The notes under the pieces: model-generated
Told to the model about the DNA's origin: nothing
Seen by the model: the letters and a program-made list of their open reading frames with translations, nothing else
The model's database searches: none
Shown: piece after piece, positions 20,011 to 29,999 of the stretch
Layout of the letters: every line of letters starts with the position of its first letter
How positions within the stretch are numbered: the first letter of the stretch is position 1
Source of the DNA: a virus
Virus record (IMG/VR): IMGVR_UViG_3300024261_000007
Coordinates: 69,025 to 133,024 of that record
Direction: 5' to 3' (one strand)
DNA: 64,000 nucleotides
Program-made: the position numbers and the translations under genes

Positions 20011-20227
20011 CAACAAAGACTTATACTTGGACCAGATATTTGCGCTTATATATCATCTTGGCTTTACCTATAGCGATGCATATAATTGCCCAGTTTGGCA
20101 AAGATTCTGGTTTTTAAATAGATTAAAACACTATTTAAAAGAGTCAAAACAGAATAATTCTCCTACCCCAGAAGGGGCTAAAAGATCAAATAGCGGAATT
20201 AGAGGAATTAGTAAGTCTTTTACATAG
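19991..20227 (+). CDS. Frameshift extension of tail chaperone (gpT / gp51-like helical domain)
   Basis: LDQIFALIYHLGFTYSDAYNCPVWQRFWFLNRL resembles chaperone extension domains; overlaps upstream stop in +1 frame. Confidence 0.6.
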   Translation, partial: FFGLTPNNKDLYLDQIFALIYHLGFTYSDAYNCPVWQRFWFLNRLKHYLKESKQNNSPTPEGAKRSNSGIRGISKSFT

Positions 20228-20256
20228 ATAATTATTAAAAAGCTTTGAGGATCGCT

Positions 20257-20511
20257 ATGATAAACAAAAGAGAAAAATTTATACATAACATTGCAGCAAA
20301 ATACATTTCAGGTAAAAGTCTTGACATCGAATTGTCAGGAAACAAGCATGAAATAGAATGTTTTGCAAGTCTTTTAGAAGTTTCAAAAAAACTTTATGAT
20401 ATTTTAAATGATAATAAATCGTCACTAACTGAGGCGAACGATTTACTAAGGCAAAAAAAAGAAGCAACTAAGCATTTTGAGAGTCTAACAGGAATTACCT
20501 GGAGATTGTAA
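20257..20511 (+). CDS. Hypothetical protein
   Basis: GAGGA RBS before ATG 20257; stop overlaps next ATG. Confidence 0.65.
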   Translation: MINKREKFIHNIAAKYISGKSLDIELSGNKHEIECFASLLEVSKKLYDILNDNKSSLTEANDLLRQKKEATKHFESLTGITWRL

Positions 20512-23500
20512 TGGACTCCTTAACACAGTCGCTAAATTTGCAGGTTGATATTACTGCAAGCCTATACGAAACTCTTAGCGATATGGCTGGAGGTTTGCGT
20601 GAATTTAATTCAAAAATGGCTAAAAAAACAGATGCTGCTACACAATTAGCAAATTCATTGCAAACACTTAAGCTTAATTTTGATTCTAATTCTACTATTC
20701 TTAAGTCACAAAGTATTGCAGGACGAGACCAATCAAGAGCATTAGTTGATGTAAGCAAAAAAATAATACAAAATAATAACCAGAATATAAAACTTATAAA
20801 TGAAAGTATAAATTCAGTAAATATAAAGTCAGACGTTGCAAGCCTTAGACAAATTAGTAATAATTTAAAAATTGCTGTTGAAGACAACAGTATAAATTTT
20901 ATAGACAGCAGCGAAATATTAGAAATAGTTGCTAATATCGATCAAAACGCTTTAAAATCAGCAGCTGAACATTTATTAGAGGTTAGTAATACAAAAACAA
21001 TCCCACAAAAACTAGCTGATCCTAATCAAGTTGACTCACTAAACAGCGCAACGCAAAACATTTCAGACAACGCAAAAGATTTAAACGATTCAACAATTGA
21101 TTTAGACTTACTTTTAAATGACACAGAAGACAATATTTCCAGTTTAAAAGAAGCAACTGATAATATGCTTTTAATTGCTGAAGAAAGTGAAAGAAATTCT
21201 TTTATAACAAGTGCTCTTACAAAAGCAGTAACTCTCCTATCAGAAATAACAGACACAATTATGACTGGTGGTTTATCACTTCTTAAGTCACTCCCTTCAT
21301 TAGCTTTTTCAATTTTAAAATATTTAGCAACTCTTAGCTTGAATATGACTACAATGATGGGTAAAGCAGTCGCACTTACAATGTCTTTACCTTTTACACT
21401 CGCTCAGGTTGCTGCAAAGTGGGGAAATAAAATTAGATCTGATTTAGCTACAATTCGAGAAGGAGGAGAAGAAGCAAAAGAATCTTTTGATTTAAGTTCT
21501 CGAATCGGTCAAGGTGCAGAAATATTAACAAAAAAAGCGCAAGGAATGCTTAAACTATTTCAAAATCCAGAAAGCAAAATGGTTAAACTTTTTGGAATGG
21601 GTACAGCTGGTATAAATACATTTCAAAAAGAAATATTTACTGCAACTGATGCTATGGGTCACTTTGCTGAGTATTTTGGTCGACCTATTATGGAAAATAT
21701 TAAATTAGGCGTTGCATTTATACAAGCCCAAAAGGCATTAGGTGTTAGTACACAAGACATAGGATATTATGCGCTCCAAGCATATCTTTCAGGCAAAGAT
21801 CCTACAACTACATTACTTGAAGTTAAAGATGCAATTAAAAGTGCTTCTGACAGGTCCGGTTTTGATTTTAAAGCTTTGGCATTGCAATTTCATAAATTAA
21901 GAACCAACATTGTTGAATTTGGTCACTTAACAAATTATGAAATTGCAAATTTAACTGCAAAGCTCCGCGGCATGAAAGTCAAAACAGAAGATGCTGTTAA
22001 CGTATTTAAAAAATTTAGCACTTTCGAAGAAGCAGCAAAGTCATCAGCTCAACTATATCAATCATTTAAAATGAATATTGATGCATTAGATTTGTTAACT
22101 GCAAAAGATCCAGGAGAAATGTTGCAACAATTTAGAGATGCAATGTTTGAAACAGGAAAAGCATTTAAAGACCTAAACAGACATGAAAAATCTTTAATGT
22201 CATCTATAACAGGAATTTCAGCAGAGTCGCTCAAGTCTTTAATGAATTATATGGACTTAGGATATACGCAAGACGAAGCTATGCAAAAAATGGAGAAAGA
22301 AGATCCAGCAAAAGAGCAGCTAAAGTTAATAAAAGGTTTAACTTCAGCTGTTAAACAATACCAGAAAATATTACAGTTTGAAAGTCCTTTTCAAGCTTTC
22401 TATGAAGGTTTAATTAATAATGCTATGGGTCACAAAGAACTGGATCAAACTTTAATAGATTTTAGCAAAGTTTACCAGTCATTGTGGAAGTTAGGTTTTT
22501 CTTTAGATCTTGAGGTAATTTCCGGTCTTTTAGGGCCAGTAAATTCTATACTTGGTAGAATTAGAGACTTATTAACAAACCGGAATTTTTTTAGTCTTCT
22601 AAGAAACGGATTAAACGCAGTTTCTGACTTTATGAAAGGCGTGTCATACGACTTAAAGGAAGAAGGTTTAAATAAAGATCTTGCTGCGTTTGAAGAAATG
22701 ATAAAAGGATTTGATTATGCAGCAAAAAGAAGAACAGATTCGAATTCGTTACTCTTAGGAATGAGTACAGACTTAATAACATCATTCAAAACATCAGTTG
22801 GAAATATAAACAATTTAGACTTAAACGTTCAAAAGCTTCTTTTAGATGCAAAGATAATTTATAAAGACAAAAAAACTAAACTTTTTAAGTATACAAAAAA
22901 CTTTACTCTTCAAGGTGTGATTGATGCTTTAAGCTTAGGCGCTGATGTATTTTCGTCAAATCCTAAACTTTTAGCTAAAATTCAAAATATTTTTGATAAA
23001 TTAAATATTACTTATGACAAAAAAGTAAAAAATGTATTTAACAGTGATGAAATTAAAGATGCAAAAGTAAAAGGTGGATCATTTACAACATCAGAAGGTA
23101 GAACAGAAAATCTTTATACACATTTAGAAAACTTATTTACAAAAGGCTCTCCTCATTTTAATGCAACTTTAGATGTAGGTAGAGATCTTATGCATGCAAT
23201 AGTTACAAGTTTATTTAAAGGTGCAACTATGTTTTTTAAGCTTGCAAGTGGACAAATTGATATGACAGTCAAGTCGCTTGGCCTTGTAGTTACAGATGAA
23301 ATGAAGGCAGTTGCTGCTAAAAAAGGCATTCCAGTAAAACAACTAACTATTTTAGATGTAATTGGTTTAAATAAAAAAGAGCTTTCAACAGTAACTAATA
23401 ATTTAAGTAAGGAAGTAATAGACTTTACAGCAAGTCTACCTTCTCTTGTAACTATGGTTGGTGGTTTACTTGCTGATATGATGGGTGTATTTGGAAAAAT

Positions 23501-24983
23501 TGCTGGTGGTATTGCAGATGGTATTGCAGAAATTATCCTGGATTATTATGATGGAATAGATCGAGATCCTAAACTTGACTTTTTTGATAAAATAATGATG
23601 AAAAATATAATAAGATCGTTTTTTAGTAATGAAAAAATGGTTAAAGCTAAAAAAAGCTCAGCCTCAAAAGTAATTCAAAGCCAAGGAATGCTGCAAGGCA
23701 TAAATACATTTGAGTCTCAATACTTGAGTAAAGGAATGTTAGACCCGTCTAATGATAAAGCTTCAAGTAAAGAAAAAGTTAATCAATTTAATGAGTTTAT
23801 ATCAAGGTCAGCGTTAGGATTACAAAATGAATTTGACAATATTATAAATAGTAATTTAAAAAACAAAAAGAGCCCTTTAACTTCTTTTCTAAAAGCTGTT
23901 CAAACCAATCTTAGAAGTAGTAATGCATTAAATCCTGGTGACATTTTAAACTCAAAAAATATAATGGGTAGAGTTTCTCATATAAAAAAGATTTTAGAAG
24001 CAATAGGGCATTACAATTATCTCAAAACACAAGATATTGACGAGTCAAAATTTATTAGTTATTCAAATGATCCAAATTATCAAAATTTTATAAAATTTTA
24101 TAGAAAAACTTTAAATAAAAAAGTAAATAACTATGCAAAAAACTTATCTGTTTTGTTTGACAAGTATGACAATGACGATGAGAAATTTCGTCGTGATCAC
24201 GCAGTAGATAAGTTTGACTTTAAAAGTAGACCTATAGGTGGTTTAAAAGATGCAGAATTAGAAAAAAATTATATAAATAATAATATAAAATTTTTAGAAA
24301 CTCAAAATAAAAAGAAATTATCACCTGAGAATTTTATACAACAATACAATAAGAAAAATAGAAGTAAATCTATAAGCTTAACAAAAGACTTTGAGCTCTT
24401 AAATGGAAAAGATACATACGTTGTTGTAGGAAATAAAAAAGTATATAAATTACATCCAGACGATTCTTTATTTGCTACAAAAGAAAAAGGTTATTGGAAT
24501 AAAATGTTGATTAGATTTGCAAATGTTTACGAAGATGTAATTGCAAAAATTTCTTCTAAATCAAATAAATCTTTTAATGACTTAAAAATAAAAAGTAGCA
24601 TTTTAAAAGAAAATATAAATAGTTTGACTTTAAACATACAAAAATATTCTAAAGAAATATTAAATAGTGCAAGTGATAAATTAAACAATCACGTGGATAT
24701 TTTTAGTACAAATTTAAAAAGCATACTTAAAAGTTATAGTGAAATAAACAATAGTCTTGAAAAACAAAACAAAGAAATTATAGTTGCTAATAATAATTTT
24801 AAAAATGTAAGTATTGTTAAAAGTAAAATTGAAAATGTTCTTAAAGAAGCAACAGACAATTTAAATATTGAAGAAAATGCATCTGAAGATGATATAAATG
24901 ATCTGTATGATTTATGTAAAGACATAATTATGATTGCTGTAAACAAAAAGATAAATATAAACACTCAGGTCGTTGTAGGCTAA
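20511..24983 (+). CDS. Tape-measure-like protein 1
   Basis: 1490 aa helical protein downstream of chaperone; FSTFEEAAKSSAQL..FKMNIDALDLL core shared with next gene. Confidence 0.75.
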   Translation: MDSLTQSLNLQVDITASLYETLSDMAGGLREFNSKMAKKTDAATQLANSLQTLKLNFDSNSTILKSQSIAGRDQSRALVDVSKKIIQNNNQNIKLINESINSVNIKSDVASLRQISNNLKIAVEDNSINFIDSSEILEIVANIDQNALKSAAEHLLEVSNTKTIPQKLADPNQVDSLNSATQNISDNAKDLNDSTIDLDLLLNDTEDNISSLKEATDNMLLIAEESERNSFITSALTKAVTLLSEITDTIMTGGLSLLKSLPSLAFSILKYLATLSLNMTTMMGKAVALTMSLPFTLAQVAAKWGNKIRSDLATIREGGEEAKESFDLSSRIGQGAEILTKKAQGMLKLFQNPESKMVKLFGMGTAGINTFQKEIFTATDAMGHFAEYFGRPIMENIKLGVAFIQAQKALGVSTQDIGYYALQAYLSGKDPTTTLLEVKDAIKSASDRSGFDFKALALQFHKLRTNIVEFGHLTNYEIANLTAKLRGMKVKTEDAVNVFKKFSTFEEAAKSSAQLYQSFKMNIDALDLLTAKDPGEMLQQFRDAMFETGKAFKDLNRHEKSLMSSITGISAESLKSLMNYMDLGYTQDEAMQKMEKEDPAKEQLKLIKGLTSAVKQYQKILQFESPFQAFYEGLINNAMGHKELDQTLIDFSKVYQSLWKLGFSLDLEVISGLLGPVNSILGRIRDLLTNRNFFSLLRNGLNAVSDFMKGVSYDLKEEGLNKDLAAFEEMIKGFDYAAKRRTDSNSLLLGMSTDLITSFKTSVGNINNLDLNVQKLLLDAKIIYKDKKTKLFKYTKNFTLQGVIDALSLGADVFSSNPKLLAKIQNIFDKLNITYDKKVKNVFNSDEIKDAKVKGGSFTTSEGRTENLYTHLENLFTKGSPHFNATLDVGRDLMHAIVTSLFKGATMFFKLASGQIDMTVKSLGLVVTDEMKAVAAKKGIPVKQLTILDVIGLNKKELSTVTNNLSKEVIDFTASLPSLVTMVGGLLADMMGVFGKIAGGIADGIAEIILDYYDGIDRDPKLDFFDKIMMKNIIRSFFSNEKMVKAKKSSASKVIQSQGMLQGINTFESQYLSKGMLDPSNDKASSKEKVNQFNEFISRSALGLQNEFDNIINSNLKNKKSPLTSFLKAVQTNLRSSNALNPGDILNSKNIMGRVSHIKKILEAIGHYNYLKTQDIDESKFISYSNDPNYQNFIKFYRKTLNKKVNNYAKNLSVLFDKYDNDDEKFRRDHAVDKFDFKSRPIGGLKDAELEKNYINNNIKFLETQNKKKLSPENFIQQYNKKNRSKSISLTKDFELLNGKDTYVVVGNKKVYKLHPDDSLFATKEKGYWNKMLIRFANVYEDVIAKISSKSNKSFNDLKIKSSILKENINSLTLNIQKYSKEILNSASDKLNNHVDIFSTNLKSILKSYSEINNSLEKQNKEIIVANNNFKNVSIVKSKIENVLKEATDNLNIEENASEDDINDLYDLCKDIIMIAVNKKININTQVVVG

Positions 24984-25005
24984 AATTTTGAAAGTGATAA
25001 TTTAA

Positions 25006-28000
25006 ATGGCAATTGATGATCAAAACAACCCAAGTGATACTGGACAAAGTAAAGAAAATAAACCAGTAGTTTCTCAAGAAGACATAAAAGCAGTTGCTCA
25101 AATTAAAAAAAATCTTAGAGAATCCAGTTCAGCATTGAACAGTATTAGTGAGGCAATTGCTGCACAGACAGACTGGGCCTTACAACTAAATAGATCTTTT
25201 GAAAATTATCAAAATGAAATGATTAAAAATTCTAACAACATCGTTTCAAATACTCAAGATATGTTAGAAGTACTTAGTGAAACTTCAGAAAATATTAGTC
25301 AAAGTTATAACCCTCATTTATTTGGAAGCTTTCAGAAAGCAAACACTTCAACTGTTAGAGGTATTAAAGCTCAAGCACAAATATTTCAAGAAATGTCGGA
25401 CGTATCAACAACAGTTATTTCTGAAATACAGACAGCGCATAAAAACATAAACAGTACTGCCATTAAGTCAGCAACAAACAGTGTTAATAGTATACAGGTT
25501 GCTAAAGAAATAGTTGAAAGTTTAGGACAAACATCTGAAGGTGTGCAAACAGTTAATGAAACAGTTGTCAGAGATCAACTTGATATCTTAGCGACACAAA
25601 AAGGCATAAACGAAGTAATTATACAGCAGACAAAAGATATAAACACAGTAAATACGCAATCTGAAAAAATTACTGGAGATCTTCTTGAAGGGTTGTCAAA
25701 TACTACTGAGGGCTTAACAGCAGTTACTCATGGCGTAAGTGATATTGTTGATAACGTCCAATATCATGACGATATTATGGATGACTTTCTTTTAAATATT
25801 TACGAAGCTAACGAAGGATTGCAGGATTTGTCTACGACGACTGAAGAGCTTAATGACGCTGTTTCTTCGTTTGGCGGCGGCGCAATGAATATTTTAAAAA
25901 CAGCCGGGTCAGCTCTTACTAGCGTATTTAAACTTGTCAGTGGCGTTGTTTTAAATACGTTAACTTTGGTCTCAACATTTGTAAAACTTGTTGCAACACT
26001 TCCTTTTACAGTAATGAAAGTTGCTGCTAAAATTGGTAATAAACTCAGACAGGATATAGTTGAAGTTATAGGCATGGCTTCAGAAGAGCTTAAAGAAAAG
26101 TTTGACATGAACTCTACAATTGGTGAAGGCATTATGGCTATGACTAATAGAGGTAAAGGAATGTTAAAAGCTTTTCAAAATCCTTCCTCATATTTAGTAA
26201 AACTTTTTGGAATGGGTGCAGCAGGCATTGCAAACATGATTAAAGAGTTGGGAACTCAAGTCGAAAGTATGGGACACTTCTCAGAATTGTTTGGAAAAAG
26301 CTTAGGAAAAAATGGTAAACTCTTTGAAGAATATATTACAATGGTAAGAGGTTTAGGCTTAACAGCTGAGGATGTAGGTTATCTTGCAATGGATGCAGGA
26401 AACCAATTAATGCATGTCAATGTAAGAATGAGAAATCTAACAGCAACAATAACAAATGTTTCAGAAGAATATGGCTTAGATAGAAAACGTCTTTCTAAAA
26501 ACTTTATGATGATGCGAAAAAATATCATTCAATTTGGACATTTAACCGATGAGGAGTTGGCAAGAACTACAGCTAATATGACTCAATTAAAAGTTAAAAT
26601 GGAAGACGCTACTGCGGTTTTTGATAAGTTTAGCACTTTTGAAGATGCAGCAAACTCTGTTGCAATGCTTTCACAAACTTTTGGTATGAATTTAAATGCG
26701 ATGGATATGATTCAAGCAAAAAATCCAGAAGATATTATTGAAATGTTTAGAAACTCAATGTTTGAAACTGGCAGAGCATTTCAAGATTTAAATCGATTTG
26801 AAAAAGACTTGATGTCACAGCACACAGGAATGTCAGCAGAAAGCCTGTCGGCACTTATGAATTACAGGGACATGGGACTGACTTACGAAGAAGCAAGAAA
26901 AAAAATGGAGTCACAAAGACCAGAAGCTAAGCAAATGGCTGCCATTAAAGATTTAAACTCTGCTATTAAACAATTTCAAAAGGTTCTGACTTTTGACAGC
27001 CCTTTTCAAGCTTTCATGGAAGGTATAATTAACAATACAACACTCACTGGTGATCTTAAAAACGTATTAGTTTCTGTAAGTGAAGGGTACCAAGGTATTT
27101 ATGATTTTGCGTCAAGCTTAAAAACTACAGAGTGGTATGAAATTGCTAGACCACTTAAAATGATTATTGATATAATGTCAAGTATTCTAAAAAGTGAAGA
27201 GTTTAGAAAAGGTTTACAAACTGGTTTAGAAGTTGCATCAACGTTTGTATCAACTGTTTTTGGCGTGTCTACAGGAGAAAGAGCTTTATCAGCTCTTGAA
27301 ATAAAAATAAAATCTGCAACTTCTAAGGGCGGAGTTCTTGATGCAAGAAGCAAAGACCCGGTTGTTGTAAAAAATAGAGCATTATTTCTTGACGCATTTC
27401 AAGGTTTAGGTAATAGTGTAATTTCTCCTTTTATTGCAAAAGCTGGATTTACTTCAACAGAATTCTCAAACGTCAAAACTGATAAGGACATGTTTAGTTT
27501 ACTAAGTAAATTGCAAAATGCTGTCGATGCAGATTCTAGCTTAAAGCCTGCTTTAAATGATTTAATGTTTAAAATAAGTGAAAGAGCAAAGCTTATTCCA
27601 GAACAACTTAAACAAACGTTTGGTCAAAAGATAAAAGGAAAAGAAAAAGCTGTTGATTTTAAAGCATATGAGAGTTATGTTGAAGAACTAGACGATATGA
27701 TGATGACAATGATCAGGTCAAACGATAAAAACACAGCTAAGTTTGGCAATTTAATTGCAAGAATAACAAGAGCATTAATTGTTGGTGGCGCAATTGCTGC
27801 TACTGCTTTGTTAAGAATGGCAAACAAGATGATCAAAAAAGGAAAAGCTGAATATGATAAAATGCCTGATGATTATAACATGATTGAAGGCTTTTTAAAG
27901 ATGAAAAAGGGTGAACTTGGAAATCTTACTTCTGACTTGACTAAAGCTTTTTCTGAGTTTATGTCCAATTCAACAGCAATGTTTTCTTTGACAAAGTGGT

Positions 28001-29700
28001 TTTTAGGAGGATTTTTAGAAATATTTGGTACTATTTCCGGAACATTTTTAATGACCTTTAAAGATAAAATGGCAGAATATTTTCCGACAATTTTTGGCAA
28101 CAATGGCGCAAAACCAAAGCTTAATGCACGAGCACTTGGCGACTCTGCAATAAAGGCAAACAAAGGAAATCTTGATGCAAGTAGTACTTTAGCTTCAGCT
28201 AAGGCACAAAATGCTGTAACGGGTAAAACTGGAATTCAAATTGGTGCTGATCTTGTTACAGGAATGAGACAGCAATCTGGATCAATTAAAGACACAAGTC
28301 AAAGATCTACAATGTTAAGCTTTAGTCAAAACTTGTCTGAAAGTTTTGGACAAGCGTATGTTCCTGAAAAACATACAGATATTGCTCCAAAGATGGAAAA
28401 ATTATTAGGTACTGTTAAGGATGGGCAATTTACAGGTAACATTAAAAAAATCGAGCTTTTAAATAAACTTTATAAAGAAGGTACGCTTAATCAAGAAAGC
28501 TTACTTGGAATATTGTTTGGAAATAGTGATACAAGGTCTGATGCTACATTTTCAATTGGCAAAAACATGAATGAGGAAGATATGTCTGAGATCATGGCTA
28601 GCGTTGACAAAGCTTCACCATTAGGCGCAGGTCCTCAATTTACTCCGACTACTCCGACTACTCCGACTATTTTAGACTTGGACGAATATTTTAATAATGG
28701 TGCGATTTTAAATGATATTGAAGTACCTTTTGTTGAAAAAAATAGTTTTAATAGCATGTTAAGTCAAGCTGGATTAGATATACCTAAATTACTTGCAGCG
28801 CAAAGAGGAAAAAGTCCAGACGAATTAACACCTAAGCAAGTAGGTTCGATTGTTGATACATTAAGATCACATCCTAAATTTATTAATATGCAAGAAGAGC
28901 TAAAACAAACACCTTTAAGACTTCGAAATCAAAAAGTTCAAAATGAATTAAAAGGACTTATAGTTTCAACTATTAAAGATATGAGAAATCAAGCTTTTCC
29001 AGACCAAAACAATGCAGTACTTTCAGCGAATGCTCCGGCTATGACAAGCGCACAACCAACAAAAGATTTTATGTTAACAGCGATTGCTGGAATGACAAAG
29101 ATTCCTGACGTTATAAAGAAAGCAACTGCTGGAATAAAAAGACCTTCTTTGAAAAGCTTTTCTGGAAATATTGCGGATAAAAGTATTGTTGCTTTTAATG
29201 AAATAAATAGATCTGTTAATGATTTATCTTCCAATATGATGTATAAGGTACCTTCTGAAGATTTGTTTAAACAGACAGCAATCAGTGAATCTTCTGTTAT
29301 ATTAGAGAAGTATGACAAAGAATCAGTAGGCGTCGTAGAATTTAGTGGTAATGTTAATATGAGTGATTTGTATAATACAGCTAAAATAGTAAAAGACAAT
29401 AGTAAAAATAAGATTAGCAAAAAGAAAGTTGAAGAAATGAAGTTAGCTTTGACTGAACATAAAAAAGGTTATGAGGATAAAGAGCATAGTATTGATTCAA
29501 AACTTGTCTTAAACAAGGAAATAATAGACTTACTCGCTGCAGAATTAACTGGTCCTTTAGTGACAAAGAATTTAGCTCGAGCATTTACAGATCCAAGATT
29601 TACACAAGGTGTTATGTCAATGAAAGAAGACGTCTTTACGTCTCCTACTTTAAATACAGGCTCAGACTCTGGTGGTTATTCTGAAAAGTTGCGTCAATAA
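25006..29700 (+). CDS. Tape-measure-like protein 2 (paralog)
   Basis: 1564 aa; FSTFEDAANSVAML..FGMNLNAMDMI, GMLKAFQNP, LVKLFGMGAAGI match TMP1. Confidence 0.75.
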   Translation: MAIDDQNNPSDTGQSKENKPVVSQEDIKAVAQIKKNLRESSSALNSISEAIAAQTDWALQLNRSFENYQNEMIKNSNNIVSNTQDMLEVLSETSENISQSYNPHLFGSFQKANTSTVRGIKAQAQIFQEMSDVSTTVISEIQTAHKNINSTAIKSATNSVNSIQVAKEIVESLGQTSEGVQTVNETVVRDQLDILATQKGINEVIIQQTKDINTVNTQSEKITGDLLEGLSNTTEGLTAVTHGVSDIVDNVQYHDDIMDDFLLNIYEANEGLQDLSTTTEELNDAVSSFGGGAMNILKTAGSALTSVFKLVSGVVLNTLTLVSTFVKLVATLPFTVMKVAAKIGNKLRQDIVEVIGMASEELKEKFDMNSTIGEGIMAMTNRGKGMLKAFQNPSSYLVKLFGMGAAGIANMIKELGTQVESMGHFSELFGKSLGKNGKLFEEYITMVRGLGLTAEDVGYLAMDAGNQLMHVNVRMRNLTATITNVSEEYGLDRKRLSKNFMMMRKNIIQFGHLTDEELARTTANMTQLKVKMEDATAVFDKFSTFEDAANSVAMLSQTFGMNLNAMDMIQAKNPEDIIEMFRNSMFETGRAFQDLNRFEKDLMSQHTGMSAESLSALMNYRDMGLTYEEARKKMESQRPEAKQMAAIKDLNSAIKQFQKVLTFDSPFQAFMEGIINNTTLTGDLKNVLVSVSEGYQGIYDFASSLKTTEWYEIARPLKMIIDIMSSILKSEEFRKGLQTGLEVASTFVSTVFGVSTGERALSALEIKIKSATSKGGVLDARSKDPVVVKNRALFLDAFQGLGNSVISPFIAKAGFTSTEFSNVKTDKDMFSLLSKLQNAVDADSSLKPALNDLMFKISERAKLIPEQLKQTFGQKIKGKEKAVDFKAYESYVEELDDMMMTMIRSNDKNTAKFGNLIARITRALIVGGAIAATALLRMANKMIKKGKAEYDKMPDDYNMIEGFLKMKKGELGNLTSDLTKAFSEFMSNSTAMFSLTKWFLGGFLEIFGTISGTFLMTFKDKMAEYFPTIFGNNGAKPKLNARALGDSAIKANKGNLDASSTLASAKAQNAVTGKTGIQIGADLVTGMRQQSGSIKDTSQRSTMLSFSQNLSESFGQAYVPEKHTDIAPKMEKLLGTVKDGQFTGNIKKIELLNKLYKEGTLNQESLLGILFGNSDTRSDATFSIGKNMNEEDMSEIMASVDKASPLGAGPQFTPTTPTTPTILDLDEYFNNGAILNDIEVPFVEKNSFNSMLSQAGLDIPKLLAAQRGKSPDELTPKQVGSIVDTLRSHPKFINMQEELKQTPLRLRNQKVQNELKGLIVSTIKDMRNQAFPDQNNAVLSANAPAMTSAQPTKDFMLTAIAGMTKIPDVIKKATAGIKRPSLKSFSGNIADKSIVAFNEINRSVNDLSSNMMYKVPSEDLFKQTAISESSVILEKYDKESVGVVEFSGNVNMSDLYNTAKIVKDNSKNKISKKKVEEMKLALTEHKKGYEDKEHSIDSKLVLNKEIIDLLAAELTGPLVTKNLARAFTDPRFTQGVMSMKEDVFTSPTLNTGSDSGGYSEKLRQ
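28642..28668 (+). repeat. In-frame tandem repeat (ACTCCGACT)x3 encoding TPT x3
   Basis: Three exact 9-bp copies. Confidence 0.9.
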
Positions 29701-29727
29701 ATAGTTATATTTAAACAGGAATTTAAA

Positions 29728-29997
29728 ATGAACAAAATAAATGTTGAAGACATAATAAACGAAGCTAAACTAAAAGAAACTATAGTTAATGCTTTTTCGA
29801 AAAAACTTAATTGTAGTCCAGAAATAATATCAAATATTTTTGATAGACAAATGAGCGTAGAAATAGACAAAATTAGCAGTTCAATAGATTCTGAATTAAA
29901 AGAAAATAAAAAGCTAACAAAAAAAGATATATCGAAATTAAAGGACTTATCTTTGAATGACTTTTTAAAAGATAATAAAGTTATCAAGGATAATTAA
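29728..29997 (+). CDS. Hypothetical protein
   Basis: AGGA RBS; 89 aa between TMP2 and baseplate genes. Confidence 0.6.
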   Translation: MNKINVEDIINEAKLKETIVNAFSKKLNCSPEIISNIFDRQMSVEIDKISSSIDSELKENKKLTKKDISKLKDLSLNDFLKDNKVIKDN

Positions 29998-29999
29998 AA

